Source: a virus (taxonomy: Duplodnaviria; Caudoviricetes). Taken from it: a stretch of DNA of 64,000 nt. Below the pieces are notes generated by a model. It searched no databases. It had not been told where the DNA came from and saw only the letters and a list, made by a program, of their open reading frames with translations. Position numbers and translations under genes: made by a program. Positions 53,864-63,852 of the stretch are shown here, one piece after another. Location: positions 1,891 to 65,890 of the IMG/VR virus record IMGVR_UViG_3300025939_000001; one strand, given 5' to 3'. The number at the start of each line of letters is the position of its first letter. Position 1 is the first letter of the stretch.

Positions 53864-56800
53864 TGGAGTTGACGGGACTCACTGAGGCGCAGGTCGACGA
53901 GTACGTCGACGCATTCGCAGCGCTTATGCGTCAGCGGACTCGAGCGGCATTTACGCTCGCCGCGCAGTCGATGACTGTGAATTCCGAGGTTGTCGTTGCC
54001 TCGCCGATCGACGCGCTTGGCGAGATCATCGGTTCGTGGAAGACGAGCGTCAAGACGGACTTGATGCCGTACCTGTCGAAGCTGTTCGCCAAGGCAGGTA
54101 AGGCAGTTTCCACCCCACTGGGTATCGCGGCACATCTCGACACCATCGCACCTGTGCTGGGCAGTGTCGAAGAGAGTCTCACTGCCTATGCGAATGACCT
54201 CTACGATGCAGGTCATCTTGCCGTGATGGTTGGCTGGCAAGACGGCGAGACTGTCATGGCAATGTCTGATCGTCTACAGTCTGTGCCGAAGCAGAAGGAA
54301 GACAAGGCGCACTCTGTTGCGCAGACGCTTGTCACCGCTGTGGTGAATGGTGGTGAGTGGGAGCAGCTTCTCGCCATTTCGGCAAAGTTTGGTAACATCA
54401 CGCTGAAAGAGTGGATGGCGACACAGGATAGTCACACTCGCTTCACGCATGAGGCAGCTGATGGCCAGACTGTGCCACTCGAGCAGAAGTTCGTTGTTGG
54501 CGACACGCTTCTGGACTTCCCCGGTGATCCGTTTGGTGATCTTGATGAGATCATCAACTGCCGTTGCACGACGAGGTATCATTCGGAGCCTGTCTCCCAA
54601 AACTCAACCACTCAGACCTCCCCTGATGCACTTTCAGCCGACTCTTCGGTAGATACTACGGAGCAGATTTCGGCATCTGCGGCAACGAACTCAAACTGGA
54701 AAGAGTCAGATCACCCGCGTGGAAAAAACGGCAAGTTCATCAAGAAGGGTACAAGCACTTACGTAGCGGTCACAAAGCTTGCTAAGAACGGGAAGAACTT
54801 TTCTTCTTGGACGAAGTCTGAGCAGTCGAGCTTCCTGAATGAGATTCCAATCATCACGAACGAGCAGTGGAATAATCTCACCACCGACCAGAAGCACGAT
54901 ATTGAGACTGCGGTAAGTGACGCACTCGATGAAGGTATCTCTGGTGCAGCAGACGCGCAATCTCACTTGGATGAGCTTGGTAGTGCAGAGGTCTTTGACG
55001 ATGCTGATCTCAACGTCTTTGATCCTGACACTGCTCTACCCGATAACGCACCATCTGGTGGTGTTGCACCTAGTGGTGTGTCTGCACAGGCGCAAGAAGC
55101 TGCTGATAAAGGCTTCATCACGCATCAGCAGGCAAGTGATCTCATGGATGCACTCGCGCTCGATGAGATCTCTGAGGATGAAGCAAAGCTAAAGCTTGCG
55201 GGAATGCTAACGCCGGCACCAACCGCAGCGGTTGAATATGCAAACGTAAACAATGACATCTACGAGGCATTCGTCCAAGACGAGATCTCGCTTAGTCAGT
55301 ATGAAAAGCTTTCATCTGATCTTGTGAATGGCGTCTCACCCAGTGATGTTGTCAAGTCGCTGAAGAAGATGCAGGGTGAGAACAAAGCAGCCGCTGCGGC
55401 TGCTCCCTCACCGGACACCGACATCGATGCTGCGTATGAGCACAACACCATCACGCAGTCGCAGCATTATGAGCTTAGCAAACTAAGCAAGACCGCAAGT
55501 GCCGCTGAGCTTCAACAGGCGCTTGATAAGGCAACGAGCGAGACGACAGAGGCTAAGAAGAAGCTTAAGGGCAAAATCAACAGTGCGCATGCGAATGGCA
55601 TGATTGATGATGCACAGCATGCTGAACTGCTGAATCAAGTCGATAAGTACAACGATCCTAATGGCGTTGAGAAGACACTTAACAACGTCATCGCGAAAAA
55701 CGCTGCGGAAGCTTCCGAACCAGACGTCGCACCAATCACCACTGGGTCGCCAAAGCCGATTAAGATCACTCACGGTCTTATTCACGCAAAGTATGCGCCC
55801 GGTACGACTGTTGCCGTGGATGAAAAAGGCAATAAGATCGTCTGGAATGGTTCGTCGTATGACATCATTGGACCAAATGGTGATCCTGTTGCGACGGGTA
55901 TTAAGAAGAGTAAGCTGTATGCTCTTCTCAACACCTACAATGCCGATGCCCAGTGGCATGAGCCTGGGAACCAGCCTGTTGCGGTAACGCACGCTGCGCC
56001 GCTCGACGCGGCTCCTACGCCCAACCCTGTTCCACACCCTGTATCGTTCCCAGCACCATCTGCGGTCGATTCTGCACTTGATGACGCGTTCGGTCCGACG
56101 AATACAGGACTTGCATCGCCATCCACACCTGCCGTCGCGCAGGGCATGGACATGTCCAAGTGGAAGATGGTTGGCGGACAGGCGGGTTCAAATAAGGGTG
56201 CGCTCTTTGAGGCGCCTGATGGAAAGCGTTATTACGTCAAGTCACTGAAGTCGAAGGAGCATGCGCAGAACGAGGTTCTTGCTGCGGCTCTTTATCGTGC
56301 GGCGGGTATCAACGTCCCTGAGGTTCGGCATGTCACCGAGGGCGCGCCTCCCGGGTGGTCAAATGTCATCGCGTCGCCGATCGTTCCCAATGCGAAAAGT
56401 AACAAGAAGGGTCTAACGACACCTGGTGCATTCCAGGAGCAGGCGCAGCAGACGTACGCTGTGAATGCGTGGCTTGCGAACTTCGACGTTGTTGGTCTCA
56501 CGCATGACAATATGATTGAGTCTGACGGTCAAGTGCACCTCATCGACGTTGGTGGGTCGATGGGTTATCGTGCGCAGGGTAATAAGAAGAAGGCAAGTGA
56601 CTGGAACGAAGACCCTACGAGTGCACTGGAAGGCTTGAGGAATCCGAACCTCAATCCATCCGCGGCCTCAGTCTTTGGCTCGATGACCTACGAGCAGCAG
56701 CGTGAATCCGCAAAGGCGCTGCTTGGCATCACTGATGCGCAGATCGATCAGATGGTGAAGGACGCTGGCCTTCCGGCGAAGCAAGCTGCGATTCTCAAGG

Positions 56801-58953
56801 CGCGTCGTGACGCCATCTTGAAGCTGTACGGTCTCGATGCGAATAACAACTCGACTTTGAATGTGCCTGCGCCTACGCCTACGGCAGCACCGACCGTTTC
56901 GCCAACACCAGTTGATCCGCTTTCACTGGGCGAACTCCCAACTGGAACACCTGGTGAAATCGTTGACAGTCTCAACAAGTTGCACGCTGTTGGTGATCTT
57001 ACTGATCAGGATCATCAAGCATTGGTGAAGGGCGTTACCAACGGTAAGACCTTCATGGGCAAGATGGTTGTTGGAGCGCACAACACCAAGGTGAAAGCGG
57101 CGAATTACACCCCGCCTCCGGCTGATCCTGGTGGTTTCGGTGCGATTCATAATCCTGATCTTGATACGCCTACGGCAATGCCAGTTGGTACTTCGGTTTC
57201 AGCGATTGACATCATTGATGGTGTTGGTGGTTTCGCGTATGGCGAAGTGCATGGATCTGGATCGAACGAGTGGGGTGAGTCGTGGAGTGTTGCTCCAGGT
57301 CTCAGTGGAACTGTGCTCGTACAGATGGACGGTGCCAATGGCGCAACCGTAATGACATACCCAGACTTTGTCGCGTACACGGCGGACAACAACATTCAGT
57401 GGGAATCGAACGATGGAAGTACATCGATCTTCCCCAAGACGAACATGCCCGCAAAGAAGGCCACGGCACCCGTCTCCACGCTGACGCCAGCACCAGCAGT
57501 GGTGTCTACGACGCCGTCTGTGACGACTGCAGACGACATTCCGGGTAATAAGCAATATGACTTCTACCAGCACTTTAAGGCGGAGAATGTTTCGCCTGCG
57601 TGGTCTGGTGCAAAGATTTACAAGAGTATGCAAGCCGCTAAGCTGAAGATGGCTGGCGATCCGCAGTTCGCCAACATCTCAGATGCTGAGCTGCTTAAGA
57701 TTCTTGATAAGCAGCATAACATTGCCAAGGCGACCAACGTCAAGGCATACAGCACGAAGACTCGTGCGTGGCTTAAGACGCCGCAGGGACAAAAGGCGTT
57801 TAAGGAGCTCAACTCTGGCATTGCCACGCCGCCGCCAGGCATTGCGAAGAAGGTTGCGCCTTCTGCGTCACCAGCAGTCCCAACGACGCCGAATGTTTCA
57901 CTTGACACTTCACCAACACTTTCGCCTGACGCAAAGGTGGAGGTGTATGGAAAGTTCAAGGGGTCGACCTATGGTAAGTACTACAAAGATCCTGCTGCTG
58001 ACATTTACTGGAATGCTGTTCAGCAGGCAAAGCTTCAAGGAACGACACCTGGTGCTGTTCTTGCGGCTGTTGATGAAGAGGGTTCAAAGAAGTTCGGTGT
58101 CGCGAATGCTGGTGTGTATCAAGCCAAGGTCAACGACTGGCTGAAGACACCATCTGGTCAGGCGCTTGCAAAGCAGATCGACGCTGGAACATATGCTCCT
58201 GGTACGAGTGTCGTCGGTGCGAAAAAGGCACCTGCGAAGAAGGCGAAGAAGGTTTCAGCGTACGGTGGTGGATACGGATCAAGTATCGCAGGTCCGGCGA
58301 CGCATCCTGCGTCGACGCCGCTGAACCAGAAGGTTCAGGACGTATCGCAGAACGTTCCGCCGTTCGATGAAAGTAAGACTGCCGCAGACTTCCCCGTCAT
58401 CAACAACACGCAGGCTGCCGCTCTGTGGGATGACATGGTCGAGCAGAGTGGTGAGCCGTTCCAGGCAAAGCAAAAGGCGTCGTTGAAGTACTACACAACG
58501 AATCCTGGCTACAAAGCCATGAACAATTACCTGCGTGGACAGCAGGGTGCAACAGATGCGACACAGCAGCACATCAACAACGCACAAGCCGGTATGCGCC
58601 CAACCACGCGTGATATCGTGCTTCACCGTGGAAACAGCTCGTTCACCGACGGTGCAGGTCGCCACTGGGGTTCGTACGAAGAAATTTCACAGTACGTCGG
58701 CACTGATCTGCATCAGGAAGCGTTTTTCTCTGCGAGTGTTGGTGGTAAAGCTGACTTTGGCGGCTCCATCATGATGGAGATTGAGGTTCCAAAGGGCACG
58801 CCTGCGGCGTACGTCAAGGCGTTCAGCGCCTATAAGAACAGTGAAAGTGAAATGCTTCTTGCTGCGAATCTTCGGTATCGCATCGTGAAGGTAGAGAAAA
58901 AGGGATACACGACGGTGGTTCGCATGCGTGTCGTTGCGAAGGATGAGGCGTAA
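53863..58953 (+). CDS. MuF-like minor head protein fused to PI3/4K/HipA-like kinase and VIP2-like ADP-ribosyltransferase domains
   Basis: KEW.AT.D..TR.TH..ADGQ...F.VG...L.FPGDP......INCRC (MuF). GGQAGSN.G...YYVK...NEVLA...W..N.D....DN...IDVGGS (kinase). YT...Y...N.YLR..HRG..SAS..ESE.LL (ART). Confidence 0.85.
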   Translation: MELTGLTEAQVDEYVDAFAALMRQRTRAAFTLAAQSMTVNSEVVVASPIDALGEIIGSWKTSVKTDLMPYLSKLFAKAGKAVSTPLGIAAHLDTIAPVLGSVEESLTAYANDLYDAGHLAVMVGWQDGETVMAMSDRLQSVPKQKEDKAHSVAQTLVTAVVNGGEWEQLLAISAKFGNITLKEWMATQDSHTRFTHEAADGQTVPLEQKFVVGDTLLDFPGDPFGDLDEIINCRCTTRYHSEPVSQNSTTQTSPDALSADSSVDTTEQISASAATNSNWKESDHPRGKNGKFIKKGTSTYVAVTKLAKNGKNFSSWTKSEQSSFLNEIPIITNEQWNNLTTDQKHDIETAVSDALDEGISGAADAQSHLDELGSAEVFDDADLNVFDPDTALPDNAPSGGVAPSGVSAQAQEAADKGFITHQQASDLMDALALDEISEDEAKLKLAGMLTPAPTAAVEYANVNNDIYEAFVQDEISLSQYEKLSSDLVNGVSPSDVVKSLKKMQGENKAAAAAAPSPDTDIDAAYEHNTITQSQHYELSKLSKTASAAELQQALDKATSETTEAKKKLKGKINSAHANGMIDDAQHAELLNQVDKYNDPNGVEKTLNNVIAKNAAEASEPDVAPITTGSPKPIKITHGLIHAKYAPGTTVAVDEKGNKIVWNGSSYDIIGPNGDPVATGIKKSKLYALLNTYNADAQWHEPGNQPVAVTHAAPLDAAPTPNPVPHPVSFPAPSAVDSALDDAFGPTNTGLASPSTPAVAQGMDMSKWKMVGGQAGSNKGALFEAPDGKRYYVKSLKSKEHAQNEVLAAALYRAAGINVPEVRHVTEGAPPGWSNVIASPIVPNAKSNKKGLTTPGAFQEQAQQTYAVNAWLANFDVVGLTHDNMIESDGQVHLIDVGGSMGYRAQGNKKKASDWNEDPTSALEGLRNPNLNPSAASVFGSMTYEQQRESAKALLGITDAQIDQMVKDAGLPAKQAAILKARRDAILKLYGLDANNNSTLNVPAPTPTAAPTVSPTPVDPLSLGELPTGTPGEIVDSLNKLHAVGDLTDQDHQALVKGVTNGKTFMGKMVVGAHNTKVKAANYTPPPADPGGFGAIHNPDLDTPTAMPVGTSVSAIDIIDGVGGFAYGEVHGSGSNEWGESWSVAPGLSGTVLVQMDGANGATVMTYPDFVAYTADNNIQWESNDGSTSIFPKTNMPAKKATAPVSTLTPAPAVVSTTPSVTTADDIPGNKQYDFYQHFKAENVSPAWSGAKIYKSMQAAKLKMAGDPQFANISDAELLKILDKQHNIAKATNVKAYSTKTRAWLKTPQGQKAFKELNSGIATPPPGIAKKVAPSASPAVPTTPNVSLDTSPTLSPDAKVEVYGKFKGSTYGKYYKDPAADIYWNAVQQAKLQGTTPGAVLAAVDEEGSKKFGVANAGVYQAKVNDWLKTPSGQALAKQIDAGTYAPGTSVVGAKKAPAKKAKKVSAYGGGYGSSIAGPATHPASTPLNQKVQDVSQNVPPFDESKTAADFPVINNTQAAALWDDMVEQSGEPFQAKQKASLKYYTTNPGYKAMNNYLRGQQGATDATQQHINNAQAGMRPTTRDIVLHRGNSSFTDGAGRHWGSYEEISQYVGTDLHQEAFFSASVGGKADFGGSIMMEIEVPKGTPAAYVKAFSAYKNSESEMLLAANLRYRIVKVEKKGYTTVVRMRVVAKDEA

Positions 58954-58954
58954 C

Positions 58955-61924
58955 ATGACATTCCCTTGGAGCGACGGCTCGGACATTGCATTCGCGCCAG
59001 TCGGTACTGCCAAGACTCAGGTCTGTATGCTCGACAGCGAAGTCGAGGCGGGTGGTGACCCCACACTGCCTAATGATGCACCTGAGGAAGATGACGACGA
59101 GTCAGAGCTGACTGACGAAGAAGTCGATCAGCTGCTGAATGGAGACTTCACCCCACTGGGTTTGACCGCTGCGGCAGAGACTTCAGAGCACACTGGAGCT
59201 ATGATCGCGCTCCTCCCAACGATTGCTGATCAAGAGCGCCTTGCGGTGCCTGGAGGTGAAGACGAAGAGGAGCTTCACCTAACGTTGTTCTACCTTGGCG
59301 ACGCGAACAAGATTCCGCCAGGCATGCGTGATCACATTGTCATGAACATGCAGGACATCGCACGCAACACATCGATCGTTGACGCGGATGGATTTAGTGT
59401 CAACATCTTCAATCCACGTAAGACAGACGATTCTTGTGTCGTTCTGGGTTGCAGTGGTGATGAACTTGCTCGTCTGCATAGGCGTGTCAGTGACATGCTA
59501 TCACATATTGATGAGATGCCAGATCAGTACGCACCGTGGATTCCACATGTCACTCTTGCATACTCAAACGACTCTTCACTCCCTGGTCAACTGACGAACC
59601 GGACTGGTCCGATTCGCTTTGACGTTCTCCGAGTTGTCTTCGCTGGACAAGCTACTGACTTTCCGTTGTACGATGGTACAGCGACGAGTCACCCAGTGGA
59701 AGATGCAGGGACGGCTGAGTCAGTAGTCGCTGCTGGTGGGAAAGAAAGCGACGTAAATAAGAAGGGTGGAAACCACAACCTCAAGGACTACTGGGTCCGA
59801 GGTGCAGGTGCCGCAAAGATTGGTTGGGGCACGGACGGTTCGTTTGCTCGATGTGTAGCTCAGCTCGGAAAGCATGTCAAGAACCCGCAGGGCTTGTGCG
59901 CGGAGTATCACCACGCAGCCACCGGTGAGTGGCCCGCTGAAAAGGGAGTTGAGTCTGCGGTGGAGATCGCTGTGACGGCTGACGCAGCCGCCGACGATTC
60001 TGAGTACGACGGTGGCTGGGAAGGCGTCCTCATGGTTGAGGACAGTGACACCGGTGATGGTCGTAGGTTCGCTGGTGGTTCTGTCACGTGGGGTGATACT
60101 GAGACGACGATTCACCCCTTCCAGTGGGCACCTGCGAACATGGGTGAGCACAAGGGTTCGGTGACCGCGGGTCGGATCACGAACATCTGGCGTGATCCGA
60201 CGAATCCTCGTGTCATCCGTGGTAAGGGCACGTTCAACCTGAACGATGAGGATGGCGTTCGCGCCTTCAATCAGGTGAAGGATGGATACGCCGGCGGCGT
60301 CTCCGTCGATCCTGACCAGATCGCTGACGCAGACGTCGAGCTGGAGTTCGCCAGTGAGCCGGCGAACCCCATCGATGCGATGCAGCAGAAGCCGACCAAG
60401 ACAATTTTCCACGCTGGTCGGATTCGCGGCGCCACACTTGTTGCGTTCCCCGCGCTGGTCGAGGCATCGATCAAGCTGACCAAGAAGAGCGATTCTCCGG
60501 CTCTTGTCGCTGCGTCGACTGATCCGTGGAAGGCCGTCGAGCATGAGATGCGATTCAGCGACGAGATCGATGGTCTCACCGCTTCCGTCGCATTCGCGTA
60601 CGTGCGTGATCTCGATGACATCGTCGATCGTCGGCAGTGTCGCTTCCTGCATCACGAGATCAACGAGGACGGTACCCCTGGGCTACCGAATCTCACCGCA
60701 TGCGCAAGTCACATCGGAGCGATCAACGCGGGTCGGACGTTCGGTCTTCAGCTGGATGAACTACGTGACGCATACGCGCACATGGCGCAGCACTTCACCG
60801 ATGCTGGCATGACGCCTCCCGCGTTTGCCGGCAAGGTCTCCGACGCCATTGTCGCATCCATCACTCCGGCACCGCCGCTTGAGTGGTTCGGTAACCCGAA
60901 CCTGTCGGGTCCGACGCCAGTGAGTGTTACCGACGACGGCCGGGTGTTTGGTCATGCAGCTGCGTGGAACTCCTGCCACACGGGGTTCGCCGACACCTGC
61001 GTCTCCCCTCCGTTTGAGAATGACTACTCGTACTTCACCACCGGTGAGGTGCTCACAGCGGAAGGGCACCGTGTCGCGGTCGGTCAGATCACTCTTGGAA
61101 CGTCGCATGCGCCGACTCGTGGTGTATCTCTTGCCAAGGCGATTGATCACTATGGAGACACGGGCACGGCGGTTGCTGATGTCACGGCTGGCGTGGATGA
61201 CCATGGAATCTGGATTGCTGGTGCTGTACGTCCTGGCGCCAGTGTGGAGCAGCTTCACGCACTCCGCGCCAGTGCTCTTAGTGGTGACTGGCGTCGGATT
61301 GGTGGGAATCTCCGCATGGTGGCTCTTCTCGCTGTGAACGTCCCCGGCTTCCCGATTCCACGGCTGTCCACCGCGGTTAACAGTGGTAAGCAGCTGTCAC
61401 TTGTCGCATCCGGCATCGTTCAGAACGATGGCACGGGTAACGGCTTCTCTGCTGAGCTCGCACTACTCGCTGATTCCTGCGGCATTCCACTGGGTGATGC
61501 ACCTAGTGAGCTGGATCTGCTCATGAGTGAGGTGTTCGACATCGTCGACGCGCATGGTAACAAGCACAGTGAGCGAAACGGTAAGTTTACTGGTCACGTT
61601 GGCAAGGGTGGCGGTAAGGGCGGCAAGTCTGGCGGTGGCAAGAGCGACGCTGATCGTCTCGATGAACTTGAGCGGAAGGTGGAGCGAAGCCAGCGTAAGG
61701 GTGGCAAGCAGATCAGCAAGGACGAAGACAACGAGCTGAATCGTCTCCGCAACAAGGTGTATGGCGGCGGTGACGACAAGGACAGTGACGGCGGTAAGAA
61801 GAGTGATGAAGACCGCCTCCAGGAACTCGAAGACAAGGTCGAGAACAGTAAGGGTGGCAAGGCCATCTCCAAGGAAGAGGACGAGGAACTCAATCGTCTT
61901 CGGAACAAGATCTACGGATCGTAA
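58955..61924 (+). CDS. Capsid maturation protease-like protein with an N-terminal 2H phosphoesterase domain
   Basis: HLTL and HVTL 2H motifs, L..YW..G.G..KI.WGT.G.F.RC module, protease-region GATLV..PAL..A, GH.A.W..CH, ..LSGDWR. Between the MuF gene and the capsid gene. Confidence 0.75.
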   Translation: MTFPWSDGSDIAFAPVGTAKTQVCMLDSEVEAGGDPTLPNDAPEEDDDESELTDEEVDQLLNGDFTPLGLTAAAETSEHTGAMIALLPTIADQERLAVPGGEDEEELHLTLFYLGDANKIPPGMRDHIVMNMQDIARNTSIVDADGFSVNIFNPRKTDDSCVVLGCSGDELARLHRRVSDMLSHIDEMPDQYAPWIPHVTLAYSNDSSLPGQLTNRTGPIRFDVLRVVFAGQATDFPLYDGTATSHPVEDAGTAESVVAAGGKESDVNKKGGNHNLKDYWVRGAGAAKIGWGTDGSFARCVAQLGKHVKNPQGLCAEYHHAATGEWPAEKGVESAVEIAVTADAAADDSEYDGGWEGVLMVEDSDTGDGRRFAGGSVTWGDTETTIHPFQWAPANMGEHKGSVTAGRITNIWRDPTNPRVIRGKGTFNLNDEDGVRAFNQVKDGYAGGVSVDPDQIADADVELEFASEPANPIDAMQQKPTKTIFHAGRIRGATLVAFPALVEASIKLTKKSDSPALVAASTDPWKAVEHEMRFSDEIDGLTASVAFAYVRDLDDIVDRRQCRFLHHEINEDGTPGLPNLTACASHIGAINAGRTFGLQLDELRDAYAHMAQHFTDAGMTPPAFAGKVSDAIVASITPAPPLEWFGNPNLSGPTPVSVTDDGRVFGHAAAWNSCHTGFADTCVSPPFENDYSYFTTGEVLTAEGHRVAVGQITLGTSHAPTRGVSLAKAIDHYGDTGTAVADVTAGVDDHGIWIAGAVRPGASVEQLHALRASALSGDWRRIGGNLRMVALLAVNVPGFPIPRLSTAVNSGKQLSLVASGIVQNDGTGNGFSAELALLADSCGIPLGDAPSELDLLMSEVFDIVDAHGNKHSERNGKFTGHVGKGGGKGGKSGGGKSDADRLDELERKVERSQRKGGKQISKDEDNELNRLRNKVYGGGDDKDSDGGKKSDEDRLQELEDKVENSKGGKAISKEEDEELNRLRNKIYGS

Positions 61925-61933
61925 GGAGTCATC

Positions 61934-62104
61934 ATGGGTTGTGGATGCGGTGGGGCAAAGATCGAGGCCCTGACGACCAACCAGGCACAGGAACTCATCA
62001 ACGCTGCTCGTCAGCAGGCGCTGCTGACTGAGCAGGAAGCGATGATTGCGTCGATCGCGCAGGCGTCGCAGAATGCGAACTCGAACGCATCTGCACAGCG
62101 GTAA
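61934..62104 (+). CDS. Small MGCGCG-type protein (56 aa)
   Basis: AAGGAG RBS and MGCGCGG start. Typical of actinophage head clusters. Confidence 0.65.
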   Translation: MGCGCGGAKIEALTTNQAQELINAARQQALLTEQEAMIASIAQASQNANSNASAQR

Positions 62105-62181
62105 TTCTCACGGTTTGCTACTGCTTCAGAGATCGAATACTATGGCCCTAGGCAACAATTCCTACGCAGTGAGGTTCATCA

Positions 62182-63852
62182 ATGGGTGACAAGAACAAGG
62201 GAGTGTCCTTCCCTGAGGATGTGACCTCTCTGTCGGATGCGGAGCTTTCTGAGCTTCGCGACGCCGCCGTTTCCGAATTCCAGGCGCTGTCTGCGGATGA
62301 GGTCGACGAAGAGAAGATGTCCACGCTGCGTACTCTGGCGGCTGGCATCAAGACCGTTCGCAAGACCATCCAGACGCGCAGTGATGCCGCTGCAAAGCTC
62401 GCCGCTGAGCATGCCTCGATGAAGGATCTCGCCGCTGAGCTTGAAGCGGAGAACGAGAACAAGGACGACAAGGGTGAGAAGGAAGCCGTCACGGCCGGCG
62501 CTGGTGTTGGCGGTGCTCGTACGAACGAGCGCACCCCTGGTGTTCGTGGTCTGAACGTTCCGCTCAGTGAGGTTTCCGCGCGACAGGCTGACAAGCCGAA
62601 GATTCTCGGTAAGCGCCGTGAGTCTGTCCTCGTCGCTTCGGCGGATATCCCCAACCACGCCACTGGGTCGACTCTCGACGACATGGAGCACCTCGTCGCT
62701 GCGATGCAGTCGCGGGCACGCTCCCTACCGATCCTGAGCCGTGGTGACGACACCACGCGGTACCCGATCGCGTCGCTGCAGCGGGACTTCCGCTACACGC
62801 TCGACCCGAACGCGTCGCCGGAACAGATCAATGACGTTCTCACCGCTGCCGCTGACCCCGACGCACTCGTCGCGGCTGGTGGCTGGTGTTCCCCGTCTGA
62901 GATCAACTACGACTTCTACAACATCGTCGCCGTCGACGGTATCCTCGACCTCCCGACCGTCGGCATCAACCGTGGTGGTATGCGCTGGCCGGTCTCGCCG
63001 TCCTTCGGTGACCTCGTCGGCAACGCCGCCATGTGGTCCTGGTCTGAGACGCAGGACATCGCAGCCGTCACCGGTACCGCACAGTCCGGCACCAAGACCT
63101 GTGCGCGCGTCCCTTGCCCGTCGTTCCTCGAGGAACGGCTCGGCTGTGACGGTCTCTGCCTCACGGTCGGCAACCTCACCGAGGATGCCTACCCTGAGCT
63201 GATCGCCAACCACACTCGACTGCTGTTCGCCGCGCACGCGCACAAGATGAACGCGAAGCGCATCCTCCAGCTGTACGCGGGTTCCGCGAGCGTTACCGGT
63301 ACCTTTGGTTCCGCCGGCGCTGGTGTCGTCAACCCCGTTCTCGGTGCTCTCGAGGTCAGCGCGATCGACTACCGCGAGAAGTACGCCATGGCTGATGGCG
63401 CTGTTCTCGAGGTCATTCTGCCTCGCTGGCTTCGGGCCGTCATGCGCGCCGACCTCCGCAAGCGTACTCGTGAGAACACGAGCATGCTCGCGATGACTGA
63501 CGCCGCGCTCATGCAGCTGTTCGATAACATCGGTGTTCGCATCCAGTGGGTGGGTGACTGGCAGACTCGTACGACTGGTCTGTTTGGCACGACCACCGTG
63601 CTGACCGCGTGGCCGACGACCGTTCAGTTCATGATGTACGCGCCTGGTACGTGGGTGATGGGTCAGGGCCTCCGCCTTGACCTCGGTATCATCCGCGACT
63701 CCGTGCTCAACGCCACCAACGACCACACGGCCGAGTGGATGGAAGAGTGCTGGCTGATCGCCAAGGTCGGTCACGAGTCGCGTCGTGGCACCATCAACAT
63801 CTGCCCGGACGGTACCGTCGGCGCGGCCGACCTCGTCGCCTGCGACATCTAA
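62182..63852 (+). CDS. Major capsid protein with an N-terminal scaffold/delta domain
   Basis: Coiled-coil N-terminus, ALVAAGGWCSPSE..YD and RGG motifs, highly biased codon usage. Confidence 0.9.
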   Translation: MGDKNKGVSFPEDVTSLSDAELSELRDAAVSEFQALSADEVDEEKMSTLRTLAAGIKTVRKTIQTRSDAAAKLAAEHASMKDLAAELEAENENKDDKGEKEAVTAGAGVGGARTNERTPGVRGLNVPLSEVSARQADKPKILGKRRESVLVASADIPNHATGSTLDDMEHLVAAMQSRARSLPILSRGDDTTRYPIASLQRDFRYTLDPNASPEQINDVLTAAADPDALVAAGGWCSPSEINYDFYNIVAVDGILDLPTVGINRGGMRWPVSPSFGDLVGNAAMWSWSETQDIAAVTGTAQSGTKTCARVPCPSFLEERLGCDGLCLTVGNLTEDAYPELIANHTRLLFAAHAHKMNAKRILQLYAGSASVTGTFGSAGAGVVNPVLGALEVSAIDYREKYAMADGAVLEVILPRWLRAVMRADLRKRTRENTSMLAMTDAALMQLFDNIGVRIQWVGDWQTRTTGLFGTTTVLTAWPTTVQFMMYAPGTWVMGQGLRLDLGIIRDSVLNATNDHTAEWMEECWLIAKVGHESRRGTINICPDGTVGAADLVACDI

